A stretch of 64,000 nt of DNA from Candidatus Marinacidobacterales bacterium (GTDB lineage Bacteria; Acidobacteriota; Vicinamibacteria; Marinacidobacterales; DATDRI01): assembly GCA_965226495.1 (NCBI GenBank), contig OZ245365.1:2656001-2720000 (forward strand), read 5' to 3'. Below, one piece after another: positions 9,375 through 19,420 of the stretch. A program made the position numbers and the translations under genes. Every line of letters starts with the position of its first letter. Positions within the stretch are counted from its first letter, which is position 1. The notes below the pieces were generated by a model. That model was given only the letters and a program-made list of their open reading frames with translations. It did no database searches and had not been told where the DNA came from.

Positions 9375-12300
9375 ACCGAGCCGTCGAATGGTTTGCCAAG
9401 AATGGCGTTGCCGCCAACCTGATCATGATCTTGATCGTCTTCGGCGGTTTCCTCACCGTCTTCAACCTCAAGCAGGAAGTCATGCCCGAGTTCTCCCTGG
9501 ACATGATCACCGTCTCGGTCGAGTACCTCGGAGCGGCACCGCAAGAAGTCGAAGAATCAGTGTGCACTCGGATCGAGGAGGCGATTCAGGGACTCGATGG
9601 CATCAAGCGAATCACCTCGACCGCCTCGGAAGGACGAGGCAATGTAGTCGTGGAGCTCGAGTTGGGTGCCGACACGCGCAAAGTGGTCGATGACGTCAAG
9701 TCGCGAGTCGATGCCATCATCACTTTTCCCGAACAGACCGAAAAGCCTGTGATCCAGGAAATCACCAGCCGCCGTCAGGTCATTGACATTGCCCTCTGGG
9801 GAGACGCGGACGAAACCACGCTCAAGTTCCTGGCAGAACAAACTCGCGATGAGCTCACTGCCATTCCAGGAATCAGTCAGGTCGAGCTTGCCAACGCACG
9901 CCCCTACGAAATTTCCATCGAGATCTCCGAGCGCGACCTGCGACGACACGGCCTGACATTCAACCTGGTGGCGGACGCCGTACGGCGGTCCTCGCTCGAC
10001 TTGCCCGGCGGCTCAGTGAAAACCAGCGGCGGAGAAATCCTCCTTCGTGCTAAGGGCCAGGCGTACCGACAGCGGGACTTCGAGGACCTGGTATTGCTCA
10101 CCCATCCTGACGGAACTCATTTGCGACTCGGAGAAGTAGCGCGGGTGAACGATGGGTTCGCAGAAACCGACCAATTCTCTTTCTTCGACGACAAACCCAC
10201 AATGATGATCCGAGTCTATCGCTCTGGCGAGCAGGGCGCCCTCGATATCGCCGACAAAGTCAAATCCTATGTAGCCCAAGCTCAAGACCGCATGCCGGCA
10301 GGGATCACCCTCACCACCTGGGGCGATACGTCTAAGAACCTTCTCGACCGCCTGGATCTCATGGCGAGGAACGGGAGGCTAGGCTTCGTCCTCGTCTTCT
10401 TCACGCTCGCCCTCTTCCTTCGATTTCGTCTCGCGTTCTGGGTGAGCCTGGGCATACCGGTGTCCTTCCTGGGCGCAATCTGGCTGATGCCCACGTTCGA
10501 CGTCTCCATCAACATGATTTCCGCGTTCGCCTTTATCGTCGTGTTGGGAATCGTCGTGGACGATGCGATCGTGGTGGGGGAAAGCATCTACACGCATCAA
10601 CAAGGCTCCCATGACGGCCTCGAGGGCGCCATAGAGGGAACGAAGGCGGTCATGACGCCGGTTGTTTTTGCGGTTCTGACTTCGGTCGCCGCTTTTATGC
10701 CGTTGCTCATGGTGCCCGGAACAATGGGCAAGATCATGGGCACGATCCCGTTGATCGTCATTCCCTGTCTCTTGTTCTCCCTTGTCGAATCGTTATGGAT
10801 CCTTCCCCACCACCTGTCTCGACTGAGCGTTAAGAGTCTCGTGGATCCATCCCGCGCAGGACTCTGGCGCCGATTGCAAGGGCGTTTTTCTGACAGTTTG
10901 GAGCGTTTTATCCAAACCGTGTATAGGCCCGCCCTCGACAACGCCATCAAGTGGCGTTACCTGACGCTCGCCACCGGCGTCGCGACCTTGATAGTGACGG
11001 TGGGATTGGTGGGCGGAGGCTGGATACGGTTCGTCTATTTCCCGGAAGTGGAGGCCGACTTCATTACTGCAAGCCTCACGATGCCGCAGGGGACACCAGT
11101 CCGGAGCACTGCCCTTGGCGTGGAGCGGCTCAAAGAAACGGCAGCAGCCTTACGCCAGCAGCTCGAGGAGGAATTCGGGACCGACCTCTACCGTCACTCC
11201 TACGCCGCGGTCGGCGACCAGCCCTTTCGCACCGCTCAAGACACCATGGGTCCGGGCGCCGGACGACAAGTCAACTACTCTGGCTCTCACCTTGGCGAGC
11301 TCACAATCGAGCTCGTTCCCGCCGAGGATCGCGATATCAGCAGCTCTGACCTCGCCGAGCGCTGGCGAGAGCTGACCGGCTCCATTCCAGATGCGCTCGA
11401 GATGTCTTTCAACGCGACGCTTTTCTCGCCAGGCGAGGACATCAACATCGAGCTGACCGGGCCGGACTTGGAGGAGCTCCGGACTGCCGCGGCGGAGCTC
11501 AAGCTTCACCTTGCCGAGTATGCCGGCGTTTACGAGATCGCGGACTCCTTCCGTGAGGGCAAGCGGGAGATGAAACTCCAGATCAAGCCGGCAGCCGAGG
11601 TGCTCGGCCTCAGCCTCGCCGACCTTGCTCGGCAGGTGCGCCAAGCCTTCTATGGTGAAGAAGCACAGCGAATTCAAAGAGGGCGTGACGACATCCGGGT
11701 GATGGTTCGCTATCCCAGGGAAGAGCGCCGATCCTTGGGAGACTTGGAGAACATGCGCGTTCGCACTCCGGGCGGCCAAGAGGTGCCGTTCGATCAGGTG
11801 GCCATCGTCGACCCGGGACGTGGTTATGCTTCGATCCAGCGTGTGGATCGCCGCCGGTCGGTGAACGTCACCGCCGACGTCGACACCACTCAGGTCGCCC
11901 CGGGCGACGTCATCGCCGACCTAGAAGCCACCGTTCTCCCGGATATCGTCGCCGACCATCCGAGCGTTTTCTATTCCCTGGAGGGAGCACAGGCCGAACA
12001 GCGCGAATCTTTAGCAGGTCTCCAACGAGGTTTTGCGATCGCGTTGATCTTGATTTACGCGTTGTTGGCGGTGCCATTGAAATCGTACTCGCAGCCTCTC
12101 ATCATCATGGCCGCGATTCCCTTCGGAATCGTGGGCGCGGCCTGGGGACATCTCCTCATGGGCCTGAACCTCACGATCATCTCTGTCTTCGGCATCGTTG
12201 CCCTAGCCGGCGTTGTCGTGAACGACAGCCTGGTAATGGTTGATTTCATCAACCGCCATCGGAGATCGAAGGACGATCTACCCAGTGCCATAAGACAGGC

Positions 12301-12577
12301 GGGCGTCGTACGTTTCCGCCCCATCCTCCTGACATCACTTACGACGTTTGTGGGATTACTCCCGCTCATTTTGGAGAAGAGCATGCAAGCCACGTTCCTC
12401 ATACCAATGGCGGTATCGCTCGCCTTCGGGGTCCTCTTCGCAACTTTTATTACTTTGCTTCTAGTACCGGCCGGCTACGCGATCATAGAGGACATCAAAG
12501 CTGGGCTTGCGAATCTGTCCTCGCGCGTGCGCGGACACGACGTCGCGCCCCCGGTGCGGACCAGCGTCGAAGGATAG
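9371..12577 (+). CDS. RND efflux permease (AcrB/D/F family)
   Basis: 1068 aa; GIVVDDAIVVGE, GVVVNDSLV, RFRPILLTSLTT. Confidence 0.95.
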   Translation: MNRAVEWFAKNGVAANLIMILIVFGGFLTVFNLKQEVMPEFSLDMITVSVEYLGAAPQEVEESVCTRIEEAIQGLDGIKRITSTASEGRGNVVVELELGADTRKVVDDVKSRVDAIITFPEQTEKPVIQEITSRRQVIDIALWGDADETTLKFLAEQTRDELTAIPGISQVELANARPYEISIEISERDLRRHGLTFNLVADAVRRSSLDLPGGSVKTSGGEILLRAKGQAYRQRDFEDLVLLTHPDGTHLRLGEVARVNDGFAETDQFSFFDDKPTMMIRVYRSGEQGALDIADKVKSYVAQAQDRMPAGITLTTWGDTSKNLLDRLDLMARNGRLGFVLVFFTLALFLRFRLAFWVSLGIPVSFLGAIWLMPTFDVSINMISAFAFIVVLGIVVDDAIVVGESIYTHQQGSHDGLEGAIEGTKAVMTPVVFAVLTSVAAFMPLLMVPGTMGKIMGTIPLIVIPCLLFSLVESLWILPHHLSRLSVKSLVDPSRAGLWRRLQGRFSDSLERFIQTVYRPALDNAIKWRYLTLATGVATLIVTVGLVGGGWIRFVYFPEVEADFITASLTMPQGTPVRSTALGVERLKETAAALRQQLEEEFGTDLYRHSYAAVGDQPFRTAQDTMGPGAGRQVNYSGSHLGELTIELVPAEDRDISSSDLAERWRELTGSIPDALEMSFNATLFSPGEDINIELTGPDLEELRTAAAELKLHLAEYAGVYEIADSFREGKREMKLQIKPAAEVLGLSLADLARQVRQAFYGEEAQRIQRGRDDIRVMVRYPREERRSLGDLENMRVRTPGGQEVPFDQVAIVDPGRGYASIQRVDRRRSVNVTADVDTTQVAPGDVIADLEATVLPDIVADHPSVFYSLEGAQAEQRESLAGLQRGFAIALILIYALLAVPLKSYSQPLIIMAAIPFGIVGAAWGHLLMGLNLTIISVFGIVALAGVVVNDSLVMVDFINRHRRSKDDLPSAIRQAGVVRFRPILLTSLTTFVGLLPLILEKSMQATFLIPMAVSLAFGVLFATFITLLLVPAGYAIIEDIKAGLANLSSRVRGHDVAPPVRTSVEG

Positions 12578-12909
12578 GAGCGTCGGTCGCCCGAGCTCCT
12601 ATCCCTACCCCAAGCTACTTTAGAGTAATGATGATCGCGCTTTGATCGACGTCTGCCTTGTGATCGTGGGTGACTTTGTTGATCCAGATGACCTGCCCCT
12701 CGGTGTACTCCTTCTCGGACTCCTTACCGTCTTCCTTGTAGGTCATTGTCACCGCGTTCAAGAAGACGGCCAATTGATTGCCCGGATGGGTGTGCTCGCC
12801 AGCCCACTTTCCACCTTCAGCCTTGACGCGCTGCACCACCACTCTCTTGTTGTCCAACACCGTTATCGATGAGAAGTTAGGGTATTCCTGTTGAACCGCT
12901 AGGGCGACC

Positions 12910-14307
12910 GGTCAAGTCTTAATTTTCCTGTCAAATCTCCGTACGGTTCCCCGCGCTCGGTTAAGCTGCTGATTCCTCCGACGTGCCTTGCGGGAGAAGC
13001 TCGTTGCGAAGCTCCTCGACTTTCCTAGCGGCGAAGACATCCATCCTCACGCCGCGCCATTTGTTTGCGACGGCCAAGAGCACAGCGAACGAGAGTTTCA
13101 TCGCGGCCTCCTCGGTGAAGAAGTGAGGAATGACCTTTGTGCGACGTTTGTGCTCTCCGAACGTGCGCTCAAGTAGATTCGACGTGCGAAGCCTTTTGTG
13201 ATGCGCCGCAGGAAGGCGTAGCGCCTGAAGACACGCTTCGAGGGTCTCTTCCATGCACTTCATCGCGCTCGGGAATCGTTGACGGTACCGAGCGATCACC
13301 TCCCGACCCTTCTTCAGCCCTTGCTCGTAGCTGTTCGCATGGAACGACTCAAGGATGGCCGCCTTGAGTTCGTCGCGCACTTCCTTCGGAGCCTTGCCCA
13401 GGATGTTCTCGAGGCGGTGCTTCTGGCAACGTTGCTTGAGGCTTCGAGGGAAGACCTCTGCGATCGCTTTGAGCACTCCAGGATTCCCGTCCGTCACGAT
13501 GAGCAACGGCTCCCTCATTCCTCGGGCCACCATCTCCTGCAAGAACCCCTTCCAGTTCTCGTAGGATTCTCGGTTGCCGACACCGATATGAAGAAGAACT
13601 CGCGTCCCATCAGCGCGATAGCCGGTCGCAACGAGGATGGGCTCTTTCCTCTCCGCTCCTTGGTGGTAGCGCAGGTACGTGCCGTCGGCTCGAGATACAA
13701 CACTTCTCGTTCGAGAGATCCCTTCGAAACGCCTCGAAATCCTCCGACAGACACCGTGTGACCCGGCTCACCACCGACTTCGAGACACCCGCGCCGCATT
13801 CAGCACGTCCGCGAACGTCGCCTCAATGTCACGCGTCGACATCCCGTCGTATCATCCGCGCGACGCATAGAGTTTCTCGGTCCGGCTCACGTACGTCGTG
13901 AATCTTTGAGCTGAAACACCTTCCGTTTCTCGTACCTGCGGCACTTGCACCGTTACCGCTCCCTCGCCCGTGAGGACCAAAGATGCGACTCATACCCGTT
14001 GCGTCCCGTCCCTTCTCCTTCGCTCGTTGCCGGAGCGTTCTCATAGTAGTTTCGACCCGGTACGCCTCCGTCACCTCGCGCTTCAACGCATATTGCGAGC
14101 ATCATCGAGCTCCCGACCGGACGATCTCCGAGAGATTCATCTCCCCAAATACCAGTTGTTCCTCATAAACTGCTTGAGCAGGATCGCTGACCGCTCGGTA
14201 GTACCTTTCCCTTGATGTATGGTTCTCCTTTTCTGTCCCCATGACATCGGGACGGGTTTGAGCTTGGGGAACCATACATCGTTTTTCAACAGGAATCTTA
14301 AGACATC
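12910..14307 (-). mobile_element. IS256-family insertion sequence
   Basis: Imperfect terminal IRs (GGTCAAGTCTTAATTTTCCTGT / ACAGGAATCTTAAGACATC); 9-bp direct repeat AGGGCGACC at 12901-12909 and 14308-14316. Confidence 0.9.
12961..14220 (-). pseudogene. IS256-family transposase; 3' half open, 5' half multiply frameshifted
   Basis: LIVTDGNPGV, QRCQKH, RTSNLLERTFGEHKRRTK in 12961-13542; fragments such as NGYE and GEGAVTVQVPQVRE in shifting frames upstream. Confidence 0.85.
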
Positions 14308-14428
14308 AGGGCGACCCCGCCAATCGCTATAGCGAGAAGCGTAACAATGACCACAATTCGCATCTGACACCTCCCCTGTGACGATCGTTTATAGTGAAAC
14401 CGATCGGGATTTGCTAGGACCCTATCAC

Positions 14429-14980
14429 ATGAGCACGTCTTCCGAGCGCCGTCGTTGGGACACGAAGCATGACGCCAAAGAAGGGCCCGGCGACCCGACT
14501 TCCTTCCTCGTTTCTTCAATCCCGCATCTTCCCCCGGGCAGGTGTCTCGACCTGGCGACCGGTCGCGGGGGAAATGCTCTGTTCATGGCCGCGCAGGGGT
14601 ACCGCGTCGACGCGGTGGATTGGAGCGTTGCGGGGCTAAATCATGCGCAGGAGGGGGCGGTGCGACGAAACCTACCGGTCAATCTCCTCCTCGCAGACTT
14701 GACGAAGTTCCCGATCCCCGAGCGGCGATACGATGTCGTCCTGTGCTTCCGCTATCTGGACCGAAACCTATGGGGTGACATAGTGCAAGCCCTGCGTCCG
14801 GGGGGTGCGCTGCTCATCGAAACGTTCACCGAGGAGCATCTCCAGACTCACCCCGAATTCCCGCGGGAGTTTTGCCTCGCGCCCGGGGAGCTCCTGACGG
14901 CCTTTCCGGAACTGCGTATGGCGATTTACCGCGAGATACCCGACGAGGGAGCGGCATCCTTGTTGGCCTTTCGTCAATAG
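14429..14980 (+). CDS. Class I SAM-dependent methyltransferase (TehB-like)
   Basis: CLDLATGRGGNA, VDAVDWS, YDVVLCFRYLDR, LRPGG. Confidence 0.85.
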   Translation: MSTSSERRRWDTKHDAKEGPGDPTSFLVSSIPHLPPGRCLDLATGRGGNALFMAAQGYRVDAVDWSVAGLNHAQEGAVRRNLPVNLLLADLTKFPIPERRYDVVLCFRYLDRNLWGDIVQALRPGGALLIETFTEEHLQTHPEFPREFCLAPGELLTAFPELRMAIYREIPDEGAASLLAFRQ

Positions 14981-15054
14981 AACGCCAACTAGAGCTGTCA
15001 CACGCGTGCACAAAATCGGATCCGACCCATGTGACAAGGCGGGGTCAAGACCCC

Positions 15055-15090
15055 TGTTACTTTTGGTAACTCGAGTAACCAAAAGTAACA
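15055..15090. repeat. 36-bp near-perfect palindrome
   Basis: TGTTACTTTTGGTAACTC-GAGTAACCAAAAGTAACA, one mismatch; one arm recurs at 48903-48921. Confidence 0.85.
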
Positions 15091-15310
15091 CTTGAGAAGA
15101 CCTACGAGGGTAAAGGCGATGAGGGGAATCCCGATGTAATGGCAGAGCTTGTTGCCCAAGGCAAGGAAGTGCAAATAACCACACTGTTATCTTGAATTTA
15201 CGACAGCGTCCCATATCCTGGCCTGAGCTCTGGCACGAACCGTCATTGCCTAACCGACTGTGCTATCATACGTTTCGATCGGAGGGAGGATCCCGAGGAG
15301 GTCAGTTTCA

Positions 15311-15772
15311 ATGGCAAAAGATTCCGCGGCGGAAAAGAAGGAAACGAACGCAGAAGAGTCGCCTTCCACCGCTTCTACACCTGCTACTAACGAGAATGGC
15401 GTACACATTCCGGGCATCGACTATGACCCACAGAAAAAAGATGGGCCCGCTTCTTACTCCATGATTCAGCCCCGGATGCGGGGTATCTACGCTCAGTTTT
15501 ACAAGGAAACGTATTTCAGCGAGAACAAGGCTCTCGATTCCAAGACCCAGGAGCTCATCGCTCTGGCAGCGTCCTTGGTCGCCCGTTGCGACGGCTGCAT
15601 CGAAGGCCACGTCCAAAAGGCGCTGAAGTACGGAGCCACCAAAGAAGAGATCAGCGAGACCATCGTTATCGCGATCGGGATCAACGCCGCCGCCATCGTG
15701 GATCTGACAGACAATGCCGCACAGAAGCTCGGCATCAATCACTTCCCTGCCAAGCCGAGCCGCCAGAGCTGA
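15311..15772 (+). CDS. Carboxymuconolactone decarboxylase/AhpD family protein
   Basis: LDSKTQELIALAAS..RCDGCIEGH..ALKYGATKEEISE. Confidence 0.88.
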   Translation: MAKDSAAEKKETNAEESPSTASTPATNENGVHIPGIDYDPQKKDGPASYSMIQPRMRGIYAQFYKETYFSENKALDSKTQELIALAASLVARCDGCIEGHVQKALKYGATKEEISETIVIAIGINAAAIVDLTDNAAQKLGINHFPAKPSRQS

Positions 15773-15800
15773 ATTCTCGAACAACACGCGCCTCGTTGGC

Positions 15801-16967
15801 ATGAAGTCAACACCGGCTAGGGTGGTTCTCCCGGCGCTCATTGTTCTTTTGACTCACTGCGGCGGGGACGGCTCACCGACGAGTCCAACCGATCCCGAGC
15901 CTAGCCTCCCCGGCGACGGCCGGTTCGTCGCCGAGCGAGTCGTGTCCCTTCCGAATTTTCCTGTCGCTATGGCATTCACGTCCGCGAACCGTATTCTGGT
16001 AACCGAGAAGGGCGGCTTCGGCGGAGTGCGCAGCACATCGGTCAGGGTCATCGAAGATGGACGCTTGCGGGACCAGCGGCTCATCACGTTCAACGGCGTG
16101 CAGACCGGTGGCGAGCGGGGGCTTCTGGGCATCGCCCTCGACCCCAACTACCCAACCAATAGTCTGGTGTACGTCTTCTACACGAGCGGCAATCGTGTCA
16201 ACATCGTGAAGCGCTTCACGGATGGCGCGTTTCGGCAGAACGGTGACGAAGATGCGGAAACCGTGATCAACGACCTGCCCTCCGACGTCTGTGGCAATCA
16301 TCAGGGAGGAAGCATTGCCTTCGGCCCGGACGGCATGCTCTACATCAGCGTCGGAGACAATGGATGCGATCGGTGTACCAGCCAGCAGGCCAATACTCTA
16401 GCGGGAAAGATTCTGCGCTACACCCGAGACGGTCGGATCCCAGATGACAATCCCTTCGCGGACATGCCGTTTCCCAGCTCCGCATTTTTCGCCACCGGAC
16501 TCCGAAATAGTTTCGACTTCACCTTCCATCCGGCCACCGGCGATATCTTCGCAACGGAGAACGGGCCATCGCAAAACGACGAGATCAATCGAATTCTACC
16601 GGGCGTGAACTATGGATGGCCATTCTTCCAGTGCGGAGAATCGGTAAGCGTGGGTTGCTCGGTGGCCCGTCCTTCGAACCGTGGACCCGTTCAATGCTAC
16701 CCGTCGGTCATCGCACCAACTGGCATAGCGGTCTATCAAGGGAATGCTTATCCCGAGCCCTATCAGGGAAACGTTTTCTTCGGCGACTTCAATAACGGTG
16801 TGCTCCATCGTCTCGTTCTCTCGGAAGACGGAACGACGGTTGTTTCGGCCGACGACCGATTCCTGAGCGGCTTTGGGAGCATCATCGATCTAGCAGTCTC
16901 ACCCGATGGGATACTCTACGTCCTGACCGACCAGGATATCCAGCGGGTGATGTTCGCCGCGAACTAG
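15801..16967 (+). CDS. PQQ-dependent glucose/sorbosone dehydrogenase family lipoprotein
   Basis: Lipobox LTHC; GERGLLGIALDP, HQGGSIAFGPDGMLY, GLRNSF, NYGWP. Confidence 0.88.
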   Translation: MKSTPARVVLPALIVLLTHCGGDGSPTSPTDPEPSLPGDGRFVAERVVSLPNFPVAMAFTSANRILVTEKGGFGGVRSTSVRVIEDGRLRDQRLITFNGVQTGGERGLLGIALDPNYPTNSLVYVFYTSGNRVNIVKRFTDGAFRQNGDEDAETVINDLPSDVCGNHQGGSIAFGPDGMLYISVGDNGCDRCTSQQANTLAGKILRYTRDGRIPDDNPFADMPFPSSAFFATGLRNSFDFTFHPATGDIFATENGPSQNDEINRILPGVNYGWPFFQCGESVSVGCSVARPSNRGPVQCYPSVIAPTGIAVYQGNAYPEPYQGNVFFGDFNNGVLHRLVLSEDGTTVVSADDRFLSGFGSIIDLAVSPDGILYVLTDQDIQRVMFAAN

Positions 16968-16973
16968 TGCCGC

Positions 16974-18104
16974 TCAAGCGAGAACCCCGAGCTGCTGGGT
17001 CTCGGGATTCGGCACGCTGGAGTCTCGGCTCGCGAGCGCTTCCTCTTCGGCTTTTTCGATCTCCGCGCTCACATCCGCCTCCGCGTCCTCGAGCGCTTGG
17101 CGATTCGATTTGTCCGACGACAGGTTGAACCCTGCGTCCGTAAGGTATGCCTCGTACATGCCGATCGGGTCGCGTCTTCCCCACTCCTCGAAGAGCTCGG
17201 GAGGGAGGATGGCCCGGCTCTCTCCTTCATCGTGCGTAGCATGACCGCCCATGCGGAACGTGTGCATCGTGACCATCACTGGTCCTCGCCCCCCCCGACA
17301 CATGTCGGCAGCCAGACGCACCGTCGCGTAGACATCGAGCACGTGGTTTCCATCGCACGTCATCCCGGTCACGTCATAAATGGAGGCTAGCTCGCTCATC
17401 GGTCGGCGGGAGTGCGATGCCAGGCGCGTCCCGAGCGCGATCTGATTATCCTGCACCGCAACGATCACCGGAAGCCGAAGAGCCCGCGCGCACATAACCC
17501 CTTCGTGAAAGGCGGTGGTGCGTGTCGATCCGTCTCCCGCCCAAGTCAACGCGAGGCGCGACTCCTTCCGTTGTTTGAAGGCCAACGCCGCGCCCGCGCA
17601 GACCGGCACCAATGCGCCGACCATGCTAATTGGAGTCAGGACGCCTCGGTCCATGTCGCCGAAGTGAATATCCCGCCCTTTGGTTGGTGAGTCGCCCGTG
17701 GCCAGATAGGCCCGGAACATTTCAGCCACACTCATTCCCATCTCGTGACAGGCACCGGCGTTTCGGATCATAGGACCCAACACGTCGCCGGGCTTCAGTG
17801 CGTGGACGGCACCTACCGTCGCCGCCTCTTCGCCAGTTCCGAGCCAGGCTTTCGAGGTAACACCCTGTCGGACCCACCTCTTGAGCGCGATATCGTGGAG
17901 ACGATTCCGGACGAGCCCTTTGTAGAGTTGCAGGTGTCGCTCGGGAGTCAGCTCGGTAACGATCTCCCGCCGTTCGAGATCGACCTCGATCGTTTCCCGA
18001 AATCGATCCATCACCTCGAGATCGGGCGTCCAGTCGACGTACTCGGGCGGGTCGAATGCAGGAAATCTTTTCAATGTGCTATACCCAAGGTCAGAGAATA
18101 GCAC
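16974..18104 (-). CDS. 2-oxoacid dehydrogenase E1 alpha subunit (TPP-dependent)
   Basis: GDGS...N TPP motif, CDGNHVLDVY, RMGGHATHD. Confidence 0.88.
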   Translation of the reverse strand: MLFSDLGYSTLKRFPAFDPPEYVDWTPDLEVMDRFRETIEVDLERREIVTELTPERHLQLYKGLVRNRLHDIALKRWVRQGVTSKAWLGTGEEAATVGAVHALKPGDVLGPMIRNAGACHEMGMSVAEMFRAYLATGDSPTKGRDIHFGDMDRGVLTPISMVGALVPVCAGAALAFKQRKESRLALTWAGDGSTRTTAFHEGVMCARALRLPVIVAVQDNQIALGTRLASHSRRPMSELASIYDVTGMTCDGNHVLDVYATVRLAADMCRGGRGPVMVTMHTFRMGGHATHDEGESRAILPPELFEEWGRRDPIGMYEAYLTDAGFNLSSDKSNRQALEDAEADVSAEIEKAEEEALASRDSSVPNPETQQLGVLA

Positions 18105-18169
18105 GACACGCCGTCTGCCGGCGGCTCGTCATCACGGGGAGGCGGCGTCCATATGTGCTTCGCCACAGA

Positions 18170-18400
18170 ACAGGAGGCAAAGCCCTGGCAGGGCTGATTC
18201 CGATCGGTGATTCTCCAGTACGGCCCAACTGGCTTCCCTATGTCCGCGTGGCCGACCCCACCGCGCTAGCCCGACGCGCTTCCGAGCTCGGGGGCAAGAT
18301 CCTACTCGAGCCCAGGTCGGACGTGAGAGAAGGTTCGCTCGCGATCGTTGCTGATCCGAACGGCGGGGCTTTGGCGCTTCAAAAGTGGCCCATTAGTTGA
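18170..18400 (+). pseudogene. 3' remnant of a VOC/glyoxalase family gene
   Basis: AGLI...NWLPYVRVADP...ASELGGKILLEP...AIVADPNGGALALQKW; no plausible 5' part. Confidence 0.7.
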
Positions 18401-18410
18401 GGAGACGAAG

Positions 18411-18584
18411 ATGACGCGTCGAATGATTCAGTTTATGTTGCTGCTGCTCTTGCTAACGGGCGTTGCCTTCACGACCACCGGCTGCACGACTTCCGTGGGT
18501 GTTGGCGTGAGTTACGGGTATCCGGGGTCTTGGTATGGTCCCTGGCGCGGACCGGCTTACATGGGCGGCCCGTTCTACTATTGA
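18411..18584 (+). CDS. Small Gly/Tyr/Pro-rich lipoprotein
   Basis: GAGGAG RBS; hydrophobic leader ending TTGC, tail SVGVGVSYGYPGSWYGPWRGPAYMGGPFYY. Confidence 0.65.
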   Translation: MTRRMIQFMLLLLLLTGVAFTTTGCTTSVGVGVSYGYPGSWYGPWRGPAYMGGPFYY

Positions 18585-19420
18585 ACCTTTTGGAGTATCT
18601 CCCTCGCCCCGGGAGATGCTCCTCCTGTATACGCGCCAGCAACTCTAGCCAACGAGGGTTCGTTGCCACGGCGCGTTTGATGTCGGCGAGCGCCTCGGCC
18701 TCTTTGCCGGCCTGCATCAACATCGCACCTCGCCAGAAAATCAATTCGTCGTTTTCCGGCACAATCTCGAGCGCCGCGTCGTAAAACTCGGCGATCGGCG
18801 TCTCATGATCTTCGACTCGCAGATCCACCACGCGATTTTTCCACGGCTCGTCCTCGGAGACGGAGCGAACGACGAGTAGCGCCGCCGATTGTCGGCCACG
18901 AACGTCGCCTCCCGCCTCTTCTCCGGCTCGAAGAGCCGCTAGGATGCGATCGCCGAGGTCGCCGCTCGTTTGTTCGAACGCACTCCCCATGTTTTCCCAA
19001 ACCTCGGAAAACGCTAGCAGATTCCCCTGCGCGGAGTAGTTTTTTCGGTGCGGTCGCCGGCGAACGGAATGCACATCTTCCCGGTGTGGGCGGCCACTCT
19101 TCCTCGAGCATCGATGAATGCGACCTGACGAACATCTTTCGCATCGTCCGTGGAAAGGAGCTCCTCCAAGGCGGCGGACGCCGACTTTCCAGCTTTCATG
19201 AGCGCGAGCCCCCGGGGACCGTATGCGGGCTCGATGAACGATTGCGTAGCCACTGCCCCGACTCCGGCCTCCGCCCACGAAACGCTGCTACCGACCGAAA
19301 ACCAATGCGATTGAACGCCAATGCCGAGCTCCCCGGTAGCGGGATCTCGGGCCACGATGGAGAACGTGGCGGTGGGTCTTCGGGGCGCGAGCTCTTCGGC
19401 AAACTGGATCTCGTTTTCTT
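18577..19420 (-). pseudogene. DUF1028 family protein, frameshifted and internally deleted
   Basis: TFSIVARDPATGELGIGVQSHWFSVG, frame switch near 19040 to SAQGNLL, GGDVRGRQSAALLVV, DLRVEDH; native start missing. Confidence 0.8.

Larger units (their letters stand above)
12615..14363 (-). pseudogene. Secreted cupin-like gene split by an IS256-family insertion
   Basis: Removing the IS and one TSD rejoins MRIVVIVTLLAIAIGGVAL + AVQQEYPNFSSITVLDNKRVVV...EHTHP...VTHDH in frame; GGAGG RBS before ATG 14363. Confidence 0.85.

Noticed and set aside
15230-15250. Sigma54 promoter upstream of the AhpD-like gene
   Set aside because: TGGCAC and TTGC are 9 nt apart rather than the required 5.
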